Assembly: GCA_028713575.1 (NCBI GenBank)
Contig: JAQTOB010000002.1
Span: 1-32,000, forward strand
DNA from: Patescibacteria group bacterium
Lineage (GTDB): Bacteria; Patescibacteriota; Patescibacteriia; UBA2591; UBA6264
Reading direction: 5' to 3'
Length of the DNA: 32,000 nt
Below are positions 1 to 7,142 of this stretch, in pieces. Each line of letters opens with the position of its first letter. Position 1 is the first letter of the stretch. The notes beneath the pieces are model-generated. The model worked only from the letters and a program-made list of their open reading frames with translations. It was not told where the DNA came from and made no database searches. Made by a program: the position numbers and the translations under genes.

Positions 1-16
1 TTTAAGCGCGGGTTGG

Positions 17-931
17 TTGGTTTTTTTAATTTTTTTCCTTCTCTTTTGCCTTTTAATAAATAATCGCAATGTTATTTATCTGACCCTGATAATCTCAGTT
101 TCTTTTTTCTTTTTTTTCTTTTTACCTAAGGAACAAACGATTTTTTGTTTGTATTTGACAGGAGCATTAATTTTTCTTTTATTAATAGTTATTGGCGCGG
201 AATTAATGTTAAAAGAGAAAGAACAGCGATTAAAAATTTCCTTAAGAAAGACCTGGAAAAGAGGATTGCCTTTGATTATTACTGCCTTATCTTTAATTAT
301 CGCCTTGGTTTACTATTTCAATCCCTTGATAAGAATTGGGCAGGAAAAAATAGAGATTCCAACTAAATTTTTTGGTTTAATTTTAAAACCAACGTCTGGA
401 TTAGTGAGTAGAATAATCCCTTTTTATGATCCGGAAATGACGGTTGACCAAATTTTATCCGCCGCGCTGGTATTGCAGGGTGGAGAAGGGATTTCTTCGC
501 AGGATATTCCGGCGGACTTACTGGAAAAGATCAGCCCAGGAGAAAATGGATTCGACGTCAATATTCTGCTTCAGGATCCGGAGATAATGAGTCTGGTACA
601 GCAGGCTGGGCAGGGAATAGATGAAAACCTACTGGCGGAACAAAGAAAACAGTTATCCGAATCTTTAGGCGTGAAACTGGCAGGGGACGAAACCATGGAC
701 GTAGTTTTGGCCAATATCGTCAATACTCGGATAAATAGTTTTGTCGGACCGAATACTCGGGTAATTTCTTTAGCCATAGCCATCGCTCTGTTCTTTTTAT
801 TGAAGCTGGTAGGCAAGCTGCTCGGAATCGTGGCCGTTATTCTTTCCCGCATGATTTTTTCGCTTTTAAGGATTTTTAAAATAGCGAAAATACAACAAGA
901 AATGAAGTTAGGTGAAGTGATAAAATTTTAG
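17..931 (+). CDS. Hypothetical polytopic membrane protein (start uncertain; frame stays open to the window edge)
   Basis: 304-aa ORF. The same frame has no stop back to base 2, so the gene may begin upstream of the window. Hydrophobic N-terminal segments (FLIFFLLFCLL, LYLTGALIFLLLIVIGA, LPLIITALSLIIALVYY) and a C-terminal TM (ISLAIAIALFFLLKLVGKLLGIVAVIL) flank an acidic soluble region. No family motif recognised. Confidence 0.6.
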   Translation: MVFLIFFLLFCLLINNRNVIYLTLIISVSFFFFFFLPKEQTIFCLYLTGALIFLLLIVIGAELMLKEKEQRLKISLRKTWKRGLPLIITALSLIIALVYYFNPLIRIGQEKIEIPTKFFGLILKPTSGLVSRIIPFYDPEMTVDQILSAALVLQGGEGISSQDIPADLLEKISPGENGFDVNILLQDPEIMSLVQQAGQGIDENLLAEQRKQLSESLGVKLAGDETMDVVLANIVNTRINSFVGPNTRVISLAIAIALFFLLKLVGKLLGIVAVILSRMIFSLLRIFKIAKIQQEMKLGEVIKF

Positions 932-987
932 TATTATATTATTATATAATGATGTTTGATAGAATCGGCATTTGGCCGGTTTTTCGC

Positions 988-1016
988 TTGCTCTTTTATG
1001 AATAATTTAGTATAAT
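988..1016 (+). promoter_or_regulatory. Sigma70-like promoter upstream of rpsI (TTGCTC-17-TATAAT)
   Basis: -35 TTGCTC at 988-993, 17-nt spacer, -10 TATAAT at 1011-1016, about 30 nt upstream of the rpsI ATG. The AT-rich background makes chance -10 matches common. Confidence 0.45.
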
Positions 1017-1045
1017 TTGAGTAATAAAATTCATTAATTTATTTT

Positions 1046-1588
1046 ATGATTAAAAAAGAAGAAAAAATTAAGAAAACAACTAAAAAGCCCGCTAAAAAGA
1101 CGGTTAAAAGAACAGCCAAAAAGCCGGCTAAAAAAGAAACAATAAAAACAGTTAAAACAGTTAAAAAGGAAGTTGAAGTTAAAGCGGTGAAACAGAAACC
1201 AAATACTATTTTTGCGACGGGTAAAAGAAAAAGCGCCATTGCGCAAATTCAATTTTCTCCCCAAGGGAAAGGGAAAATTTTTATTAATAAAAAAGAAAGT
1301 AATAAATATTTTTCCCCTTTTTCTCTGCAGGAGTTGATTTTATCTCCTTTAAAATTATTGAAAAAAGAGAAAGATTTTGATTTTAAAATAAAAGTAACGG
1401 GCGGAGGAGTTCACGGTCAAGCGGAAGCGGTTCGTTTAGGAATCAGTCGAGCATTGATTTTATTAAATCCGAGCTGGCGGAAAGAATTGAAAATGGCCGG
1501 TTTTTTGCGTCGCGACCCTAGGGTTAAGGAAAGAAAAAAACCAGGACTAAAAAGAGCTCGTCGCGCACCGCAGTGGGCAAAAAGATAA
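1046..1588 (+). CDS. rpsI: 30S ribosomal protein S9 with a Lys/Ala-rich N-terminal extension
   Basis: C-terminal ~125 aa match S9 hallmarks: GKRKSAIAQI, GGGVHGQAEAVRLGISRAL, LRRDPRVKERKKPGLKRARRAPQWAKR. The first ~55 aa are KKPAKK/TVKK low-complexity sequence. Confidence 0.95.
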   Translation: MIKKEEKIKKTTKKPAKKTVKRTAKKPAKKETIKTVKTVKKEVEVKAVKQKPNTIFATGKRKSAIAQIQFSPQGKGKIFINKKESNKYFSPFSLQELILSPLKLLKKEKDFDFKIKVTGGGVHGQAEAVRLGISRALILLNPSWRKELKMAGFLRRDPRVKERKKPGLKRARRAPQWAKR

Positions 1589-1606
1589 AAGTTTTAAGAG
1601 TTTTCT

Positions 1607-1647
1607 CAAAAATTTCAATCCGCCAGCTGGCGGAGCAGAAATTTTTG
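1607..1647 (+). terminator. Compound stem-loop downstream of rpsI (putative terminator)
   Basis: Outer stem CAAAAATTTC (1607-1616) pairs with GAAATTTTTG (1638-1647). It encloses the GC-rich palindrome TCCGCCAGCTGGCGGA (1619-1634). The T-run lies within the 3' arm rather than after it, so the terminator role is uncertain. Confidence 0.4.
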
Positions 1648-1660
1648 TCAGAAAACCTTT

Positions 1661-1800
1661 ACCCCGCCCCCAACAGTTTTAAAATATAACAGTTTTTCGT
1701 GACTTAGTCTTTAAATCTTTATTTTTATTTTAATAAAAGCATTTTTTAAAAAATGACTTCATGTTATATTTTAGAAAAACAAAACTGTTGGGGGCGGGGT
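1661..1800. repeat. MITE-like element or long hairpin bounded by perfect 20-bp inverted repeats
   Basis: ACCCCGCCCCCAACAGTTTT (1661-1680) is the exact reverse complement of AAAACTGTTGGGGGCGGGGT (1781-1800). Further complementarity inside (TAAAATATAACA / TGTTATATTTTA). The ~100-bp interior is AT-rich and non-coding. Confidence 0.6.
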
Positions 1801-1857
1801 GCTCAAATTTATAGCGAAATTTTTATCGCTACGCTCTAAAATTTAGATAACTTTGGC

Positions 1858-3339
1858 ATGGTTTCCACAGCCAAGAATACATTTTATTTATTGATTGCTT
1901 ATATCTATCAAAAATTGATAGCGCTCTTTTACTTTATTGTTTTAGCTAGATATTTAGGCGCGGATGGATTTGGTAAATATACTTTTGCCCTTTCCTTTAC
2001 CGCGCTTTTTTCTGTGATTATAGACTTCGGGATGTACTCGGTTTTAACCAGGGAAATTGCCCGCGACAAAGAAAAGACAAAAAAATATTTTGGCAACATC
2101 CTAACTTTTAGCTTAGTATCGGGAATTTTTGTTTTAATTTTAGTTTGTTTCTTAATTAACGTTTTACATTATCCATTAGTAACAAAAAGATTGGTTTATT
2201 TCTCAGGTCTGATTATTTTTTTAGACACCCTGGCCCTGTCCTTTTATTTTGTTTTTCGCGGACATTTAAACACCAAATACGAAGCCCTAGGGGTTATTAT
2301 TCACAAAACAGTTATGTTCCTTGCTGGACTGTTTTTGATTTTTATCAAAGCCAAATTATTTTTAATGCTTTTGCCCCTTTTATTGGCTAGTTGTTTTTAC
2401 TTGACTAATGCGGTTTTTTGGCTGAAAAGAAAATTAAACATTTGGCCGGTTCCCAGATTTGACAAAGAAACTCTAAAATCATTACTTAAACTTTCCTGGC
2501 CGTTTTTTATCGCCGCTTTATTTGCCAAGCTTTATGCCACTAGTGATACGATTTTACTTTCATATTTAGCCGATGACCAAGCCGTAGGCTGGTACAATGC
2601 GGCGCAAAAATTAACCAACGCTTTTATGCTCTTAATCGCCGGTTCTTTAAGTTCAGCCCTTTATCCGTCTTTGAGTTATTATTTCGTTCGTTCTAAAGAA
2701 GAAATGGGCAGGGTCTTTACCCAAGCGATTTTTTATTTGATGTTGATTACTATTCCTTTGGTTTTTGGACTTTTAATTTTAGCCAAACCTATAATTCTTT
2801 TTATTTACGGGACCGGTTATACTCCCGCCGTTACCACTTTGATTCTTTTAGCCTATTCAATTCCCTTTATGTTTTTGGACTTTATTATGGTCTCTCTTTT
2901 AAACGCCGGTGAAAAGCAAAAAATCAATACCCTGATTCATGGTTTGGGGGCGGGATTGTTTCTTATATTGAATTTAATTTTAATTCCTCTTTTTTCCCAA
3001 AATGGCGCGGCTTTGGCGGTTTTTTTAGGGATGGCAATAATTTTTATTTTAGAGGTTTATTGGTCTAAAAAGATAGTTAGAATAGAAAAAAAATATTTAT
3101 TTAAAAAAATCATTTATATTTTTCTTTCCAGCGTCTTGATGGGGATTCCTTTGTTTCTATTGAGGGACAGAATTCATCTTGTTTTTTCCGTTATTTTTGG
3201 GATTTTAGTCTACTTTGTTTTTGCTTTTGCTTTTCATTTAATTCAGAAAAAAGAAATGGTATTTCTTAAAGAATTTTTGCTCTTTAAGAAGGGAACTGAA
3301 AATGGAACTGAAAATGTCAAAAAAAGTTTGGGAACTTAG
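1858..3339 (+). CDS. Wzx-like polysaccharide/oligosaccharide flippase (MOP superfamily, Polysacc_synt-like)
   Basis: 493 aa, about 12-14 predicted TM helices. N-terminus typical of Wzx/RfbX-type exporters (NTFYLLIAYIYQKLIALFYFIVLARYLGADGFGKYTFALSF). Sits at the head of a glycosyltransferase cluster. Confidence 0.8.
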   Translation: MVSTAKNTFYLLIAYIYQKLIALFYFIVLARYLGADGFGKYTFALSFTALFSVIIDFGMYSVLTREIARDKEKTKKYFGNILTFSLVSGIFVLILVCFLINVLHYPLVTKRLVYFSGLIIFLDTLALSFYFVFRGHLNTKYEALGVIIHKTVMFLAGLFLIFIKAKLFLMLLPLLLASCFYLTNAVFWLKRKLNIWPVPRFDKETLKSLLKLSWPFFIAALFAKLYATSDTILLSYLADDQAVGWYNAAQKLTNAFMLLIAGSLSSALYPSLSYYFVRSKEEMGRVFTQAIFYLMLITIPLVFGLLILAKPIILFIYGTGYTPAVTTLILLAYSIPFMFLDFIMVSLLNAGEKQKINTLIHGLGAGLFLILNLILIPLFSQNGAALAVFLGMAIIFILEVYWSKKIVRIEKKYLFKKIIYIFLSSVLMGIPLFLLRDRIHLVFSVIFGILVYFVFAFAFHLIQKKEMVFLKEFLLFKKGTENGTENVKKSLGT

Positions 3340-3367
3340 TTCCCAAACTTTTTGTTCCCAAACTTTT
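3321..3367. repeat. Palindromic element family F1 (AAAAAGTTTGGGAAC-tta-GTTCCCAAACTTTTT) plus a duplicated 3' arm; also acts as terminator hairpin
   Basis: 15-bp perfect stem, 3321-3335 with 3339-3353, loop TTA. The 3' arm GTTCCCAAACTTTT is repeated again at 3354-3367. The flippase stop codon TAG (3337-3339) lies in the loop/3' arm. A second copy sits at 10906-10935. Confidence 0.8.
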
Positions 3368-3462
3368 CTAAAAGTATTATAATGTATATATAGAAATCCG
3401 ACCTCAATAGATAATCTATGAATAAAAAATTGATAGGGCTCGACTTCGTCAAGCCAGTTAAA

Positions 3463-3504
3463 CCAGGTCGCACCTGGGTGCCAGGTGAGACCTGGTAAGT
3501 TTTT
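3463..3504 (+). promoter_or_regulatory. Tandem hairpins with attenuator-like alternative pairing upstream of the GT1 gene
   Basis: CCAGGT-cgc-ACCTGG (3463-3477), gtg, CCAGGT-gag-ACCTGG (3481-3495), then TAAGTTTTT. The four segments can pair 1:2 and 3:4, or 2:3. Preceded by hairpin GGCTCGAC-ttc-GTCAAGCC (3437-3455, one mismatch). Function is inferred only. Confidence 0.3.
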
Positions 3505-3548
3505 ACTAAAGTCATTTTTACGGGCTTAACCTGTATTAAAATATTGAT

Positions 3549-4811
3549 ATGTCTGGAAAATTAGAGATAATCATGTTCAATATGTCCGGTTATTCGGAAT
3601 GGCAAAAGGGGATAGCTAATCGGAATTATCACCTTTTCCGTAAGTTATTGGAAAATGATGCTGTCGGCCGGATTATTTGCGTTGATTTTTTGCCCTTTAC
3701 CTTTAAAAGGGCGATTAGAAATTATTGGCAAAATATTTTTAAGGGAGAAAAAGGAGAAGTGATTTTTCGCGATTTAACCACTCGGGTGATTAGAATCCCT
3801 CATTCACAAACTGAAGTTTATGTTTTTTCTACCATTGATTCCATTTTTTCTTCCGCCATGGTTATTAAAAAAATAAACAAAGTTTTAAGTAAAATATTCC
3901 AGTTATCCAATTACCCAACAACCCGATTGCCAAGAGTAATTTGGTCCTGCTTTCCTATGTTTGTTGATTATTTTTCCGCCAAAGGCGGATCCGCCTCTGG
4001 CGGAGAGAATTTACCTCACGATTTAACAGTTTTTGATGCCGTGGATAATTGGATTGAACATCCGTCTTTTATAAAACAAAAAGAAAAATTAAATAAAAAT
4101 TATCAAATAATCGCGGGAAAAAGCGATTTAATTTTTACGGTTTCGGAAAATCTATTGGGATTTTTTAAAAATTTTGGACGAGAGAAAGATGTTTATTGGA
4201 TTGCTAATGGCGTAGACGTTGTTCACTTTATGGAGAAATCAACAACGAAGCCAGAAGATTTAAAGAATATTCCCCGGCCAATTATCGGTTATGTGGGGAT
4301 TATTCAGCAAAGATTAGACATAGATTTGTTAGAATATTTGGCGGAGAAAAATCCAGAAAAATCATTTGTTTTAATCGGACCGCTTTGGCCGGTTTATTTT
4401 CAAAAGATAAGAAAGCCGGCAATAGAAATTCAAAGGCTAAAAAAATACAAAAATATTTATCTTTTGGGTCAAAAAAATTATTTGCAAACGCCGGATTACA
4501 TCAAAAATTTTGATTTAGCTATTAGTCCGCATCGTTTGAATAATTTTGTTAAATATACCAATTCACTTAAAGTTTTAGAATATTTAGCTTGCGGTCAGCC
4601 CGTGGTTAGCACTCCGCCCTCAGGAGTAGAGAGGTTTTCTCATTTGGTTTATATCGCCCAAGATTATCAGGATTTTAATAAAAAAATGGAAATGGCTTTA
4701 AGAGAAAATAATGAAGAATTGAAAAATCAAAGAATCAGTCAAATGAAAAATCAGGATTGGAGTTTTAAAATAGAAGAAATGATTAAATTGATTAAGGAAA
4801 AATTATTATGA
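3549..4811 (+). CDS. Glycosyltransferase, GT-B fold (glycosyl transferases group 1 / GT4-like)
   Basis: 420 aa. The C-terminal half has a GT1-type donor-binding region (IGYVGIIQQRLDIDLL, FVLIGP, NSLKVLEYLACGQPVVST). Stop overlaps the next gene (ATGA at 4808-4811). Confidence 0.75.
   Translation: MSGKLEIIMFNMSGYSEWQKGIANRNYHLFRKLLENDAVGRIICVDFLPFTFKRAIRNYWQNIFKGEKGEVIFRDLTTRVIRIPHSQTEVYVFSTIDSIFSSAMVIKKINKVLSKIFQLSNYPTTRLPRVIWSCFPMFVDYFSAKGGSASGGENLPHDLTVFDAVDNWIEHPSFIKQKEKLNKNYQIIAGKSDLIFTVSENLLGFFKNFGREKDVYWIANGVDVVHFMEKSTTKPEDLKNIPRPIIGYVGIIQQRLDIDLLEYLAEKNPEKSFVLIGPLWPVYFQKIRKPAIEIQRLKKYKNIYLLGQKNYLQTPDYIKNFDLAISPHRLNNFVKYTNSLKVLEYLACGQPVVSTPPSGVERFSHLVYIAQDYQDFNKKMEMALRENNEELKNQRISQMKNQDWSFKIEEMIKLIKEKLL
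3975..4004. repeat. Two tandem GC-rich mini-hairpins TCCGCC-nnn-GGCGGA lying in frame inside the GT1 CDS
   Basis: TCCGCC-aaa-GGCGGA (3975-3989) is followed directly by TCCGCC-tct-GGCGGA (3990-4004). Together they encode SAKGGSASGG. The same arms form the palindrome at 1619-1634. Confidence 0.7.
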
Positions 4812-5698
4812 CTCTTTCCATAATTATTGTTAGCTGGAACGTTAAGGCCCTTTTAGAAAGGTGTCTGGATTCCGTTTTCCGTAATTTAAATGATTTAGAA
4901 GCGGAAATTTTAGTTGTGGATAATAATTCTCAGGATGGGAGCCAAGAATATTTAAAGAGTAGACAAAGTTATAATTTGAAAATTATTTTAAATAACAGAA
5001 ATTTTGGATTTAGCCAAGCCAATAATCAAGCCCTAAAACAGGCAAAAGGGGAGTATATTTTATTTCTTAATCCAGATACGGAAATTATAGATGATGTTTG
5101 TCGGCAGGCAATCCAACTTTTACAACAAAACAAAGACTGGGGATTAATTGGTTGTCAGTTAATTGGTCCGGACAATAGAATTCAGTCCTCAGTAAGAACT
5201 TTCCCCAGCGTCGGGAATCAACTGATTCTTCTTTTAAAGCTCCAGTATTTGCTGCCCGGCCTTAGGACATTGAAAAGATATTTTCGTCAGGATTTCAATT
5301 ATGACCAGATTGCTGAGGTTGACCAGGTGGCAGGAGCATTTATGATGACAAAAAAAGAAGTTTTGGAACAGATAGGGAGTTTTGATGAGCGCTTCCATTT
5401 GTGGTTTGAAGACGTTGATTTTTGCTATCGGTTAAAACAAGTTGGTTATAAAATTATTTACTATCCTCGGAGAAAAGTAATTCATTATGGCGGACAGAGT
5501 TTTAATCAACTTTTATCCAAAGAGAGACAAAAAATTTATAACCACAGTTTACGGCTTTATTTTAAAAAACATTTTCCTCCTTTTTATTATTGGCCCATTA
5601 TTTTAGTTCAGCCATTAAGTTTATTTTTGGCTCGGTTAAGCGAAGTTTTTTCTGTTACAAAAAAAGAACAAATAAAAAAAAGATTAAAAGTCAACTAG
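4808..5698 (+). CDS. Family 2 glycosyltransferase (GT-A fold)
   Basis: SIIIVSWN start, VVDNNSQDGS, FGFSQANNQA, LFLNPDT, GAFMMTKKEVLEQIGSFDERFHLWFEDVDFCYRL: the classic GT2 (rhamnosyltransferase-like) motif order. Confidence 0.9.
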   Translation: MTLSIIIVSWNVKALLERCLDSVFRNLNDLEAEILVVDNNSQDGSQEYLKSRQSYNLKIILNNRNFGFSQANNQALKQAKGEYILFLNPDTEIIDDVCRQAIQLLQQNKDWGLIGCQLIGPDNRIQSSVRTFPSVGNQLILLLKLQYLLPGLRTLKRYFRQDFNYDQIAEVDQVAGAFMMTKKEVLEQIGSFDERFHLWFEDVDFCYRLKQVGYKIIYYPRRKVIHYGGQSFNQLLSKERQKIYNHSLRLYFKKHFPPFYYWPIILVQPLSLFLARLSEVFSVTKKEQIKKRLKVN

Positions 5699-5705
5699 TT
5701 TTAAA

Positions 5706-7142
5706 ATGAAAGAGGATAATTTAAAATTAAATTTAGGAATAATGATTTTTTGTTTTTTTCTTTTTCATTTGTTTTCTTTTTTGGCTTATCAACATCCTTG
5801 GTTAAATAGCTTATTTTTTTGGTTAATTATTATTTTAGCGATTATTTTTAGTTTATATAGATTAGAATATGGATTTTTATTTCTGATTTTTGAATTTTTT
5901 TCCGGTCATGAAGGCCATTTATTTGAATTTGTCGGACTTTCTTTAAGGTGGGCTTTATTTTTAGTGATTATTTTTATTTGGTTTGTTCGGCGATTCAATC
6001 AGGAGAAGAAAAATTTTTTTCGACGCCTTATTCAACCAAAAATATCTTTATTTTTTTCAATTTTTTTACTGATTGTTTTTTTGTCTTTTATTCAGGGGTT
6101 GGTTCAAAATGACCCAGTTTTGGCGATTAAAGATTTTATTAATTATTCATATTTTTTCTTGATTTTTCCTTTAATGGATGTTGTTAAGAACAGGTGGTTT
6201 CAGGAAAAAACTTTCAAGATCGGTAAAGCGGCGACCATTGGCATTACCTTAGTAACGATTTTTGTTTTTGTTCTTTTCGTTTCAGGTTTAGTTAATGTCC
6301 ATGGTCATTTTTATTGGTGGTGGCGAGGCACGGTAATCGGTAAGGCCACAGATACGGGTACTGGATTTTTCCGCATTGTCAGTTCGGCGCATCTTTTAAT
6401 GGTGCCAATTTTTTTGCTTTATCTGAGTTTTTTGTTCGTGCCGGAAATTAAAAAAAAGAAAACCTGGTTTTGGCTGGCTTTTTTGTCCAGTGTGGTTCTT
6501 CTGATTAATTTTTCCCGCGCTTATTTTCTTGGCATTGTCATTGGCTTATTTTTTTTAGGCAGGAGTTTACCTTGGAGACGCTGGCTATGTTTTTCTCTAA
6601 CTACGATTTTGGTATTATTTTTTGAGTTTTTTATTATTTTTGGTTTGGCCACCGGCGAATGGGGGAATCAAGGCGCGTTATTTTTCGGGAAGAGAATCCA
6701 AACCGTGGTGACGCCCGGCGAAGAGGTGAGTTCTTTAAGCCGGATGAACATCCTGCCCCAGTTGCTGAGTCGGTTGGAAAAAGAACCGATATTTAGCCAG
6801 GGGCTGGGCACTACTGTTTCCTATTTTGATCCGGTTACGCAGATGCAGAAATCCACTTTTCATTTAGACTGGGGTTATCTGGAGATGTGGTTAGAACTAG
6901 GCTTTTTCGGTTTGTTGTTTTATTTTTTTCTTTTATTTAATATTTTTTATCAGGGATGGCGAAAATTGAAAGAACTGACCCAAATTTGGGGGAAAAGGCT
7001 AATTATCGGCTTGCTAGCCGGTTTGGCGAGTCTGATGGTTGCCACCTTGACCGGTCCATTTTTGTTTCATCCCTTGGGAATATTTTACGTGGTTTCAACC
7101 GCGGCCATAATTAACATTTTAAAAAATGAAAACTCGGCTTAA
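5706..7142 (+). CDS. O-antigen ligase/polymerase-like membrane protein (Wzy_C-type)
   Basis: 478 aa, about 10-12 TM segments. Central periplasmic-type loop followed by FSRAYFLGIVIGLFFLG. Sits within a GT cluster next to a flippase. Family assignment rests on architecture and context. Confidence 0.6.
   Translation: MKEDNLKLNLGIMIFCFFLFHLFSFLAYQHPWLNSLFFWLIIILAIIFSLYRLEYGFLFLIFEFFSGHEGHLFEFVGLSLRWALFLVIIFIWFVRRFNQEKKNFFRRLIQPKISLFFSIFLLIVFLSFIQGLVQNDPVLAIKDFINYSYFFLIFPLMDVVKNRWFQEKTFKIGKAATIGITLVTIFVFVLFVSGLVNVHGHFYWWWRGTVIGKATDTGTGFFRIVSSAHLLMVPIFLLYLSFLFVPEIKKKKTWFWLAFLSSVVLLINFSRAYFLGIVIGLFFLGRSLPWRRWLCFSLTTILVLFFEFFIIFGLATGEWGNQGALFFGKRIQTVVTPGEEVSSLSRMNILPQLLSRLEKEPIFSQGLGTTVSYFDPVTQMQKSTFHLDWGYLEMWLELGFFGLLFYFFLLFNIFYQGWRKLKELTQIWGKRLIIGLLAGLASLMVATLTGPFLFHPLGIFYVVSTAAIINILKNENSA

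Noticed and set aside
145-852. Internal and antisense ORFs 145-366 (+) and 571-852 (-) within the first gene
   Set aside because: They are fully nested in the longer 17-931 frame, which has coherent TM and soluble-domain organisation.
1034-1264. Two antisense ORFs (76 and 66 aa) opposite the 5' end of rpsI
   Set aside because: They are the reverse complement of the Lys-codon-rich (AAA/AAG) extension, giving Phe/Leu-rich low-complexity artefacts. The rpsI frame is clearly the real one.
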